DNA of 7,031 nucleotides from assembly GCF_006345805.1 (NCBI RefSeq), contig NW_021829031.1, positions 1 to 7,031 on the forward strand, given 5' to 3'. The first letter of the stretch is position 1; each line of letters opens with the position of its first letter. The notes under the pieces are model-generated. The model was not told the origin of the DNA. It did not search any database and saw only the letters and a list, made by a program, of their open reading frames with translations. Made by a program: the position numbers and the translations under genes. This DNA is from Octopus sinensis (taxonomy: Eukaryota). Shown one piece after another: positions 7,021 to 7,031 of the stretch.

Positions 7021-7031
7021 GAAATTGGATA

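Overview
AT-rich, microsatellite-dense eukaryotic non-coding DNA, probably intronic or intergenic. From memory the repeat families look like octopus/cephalopod ones, but this is inferred and was not searched. No intact protein-coding gene can be supported. The left 3.5 kb is a mosaic of three tRNA-headed SINE-like families (called A, B and C here) in both orientations, plus a GC/CpG-rich element with internal 48-66 bp tandem units, an RTE-like 3' stem-loop and a (GAT)7 tail. The most informative object is a 5'-truncated Penelope-like retroelement (PLE) at 4367-5418, sitting between (TA)n tracts. It carries a frameshifted RT-thumb/linker and GIY-YIG endonuclease remnant (CxC-x5-C, IIY..YMG, CxxC, CxH), an inverted copy of its own 3' end on the left, and a minimal type I hammerhead-ribozyme fold with a variant core (CCGAAGA, GAAA, palindromic stem III, GUU site) at 5326-5388. 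Apart from the two endonuclease ORFs (4697..4921, 4955..5215), the supplied ORF track looks like read-through of repeats and low-complexity DNA.
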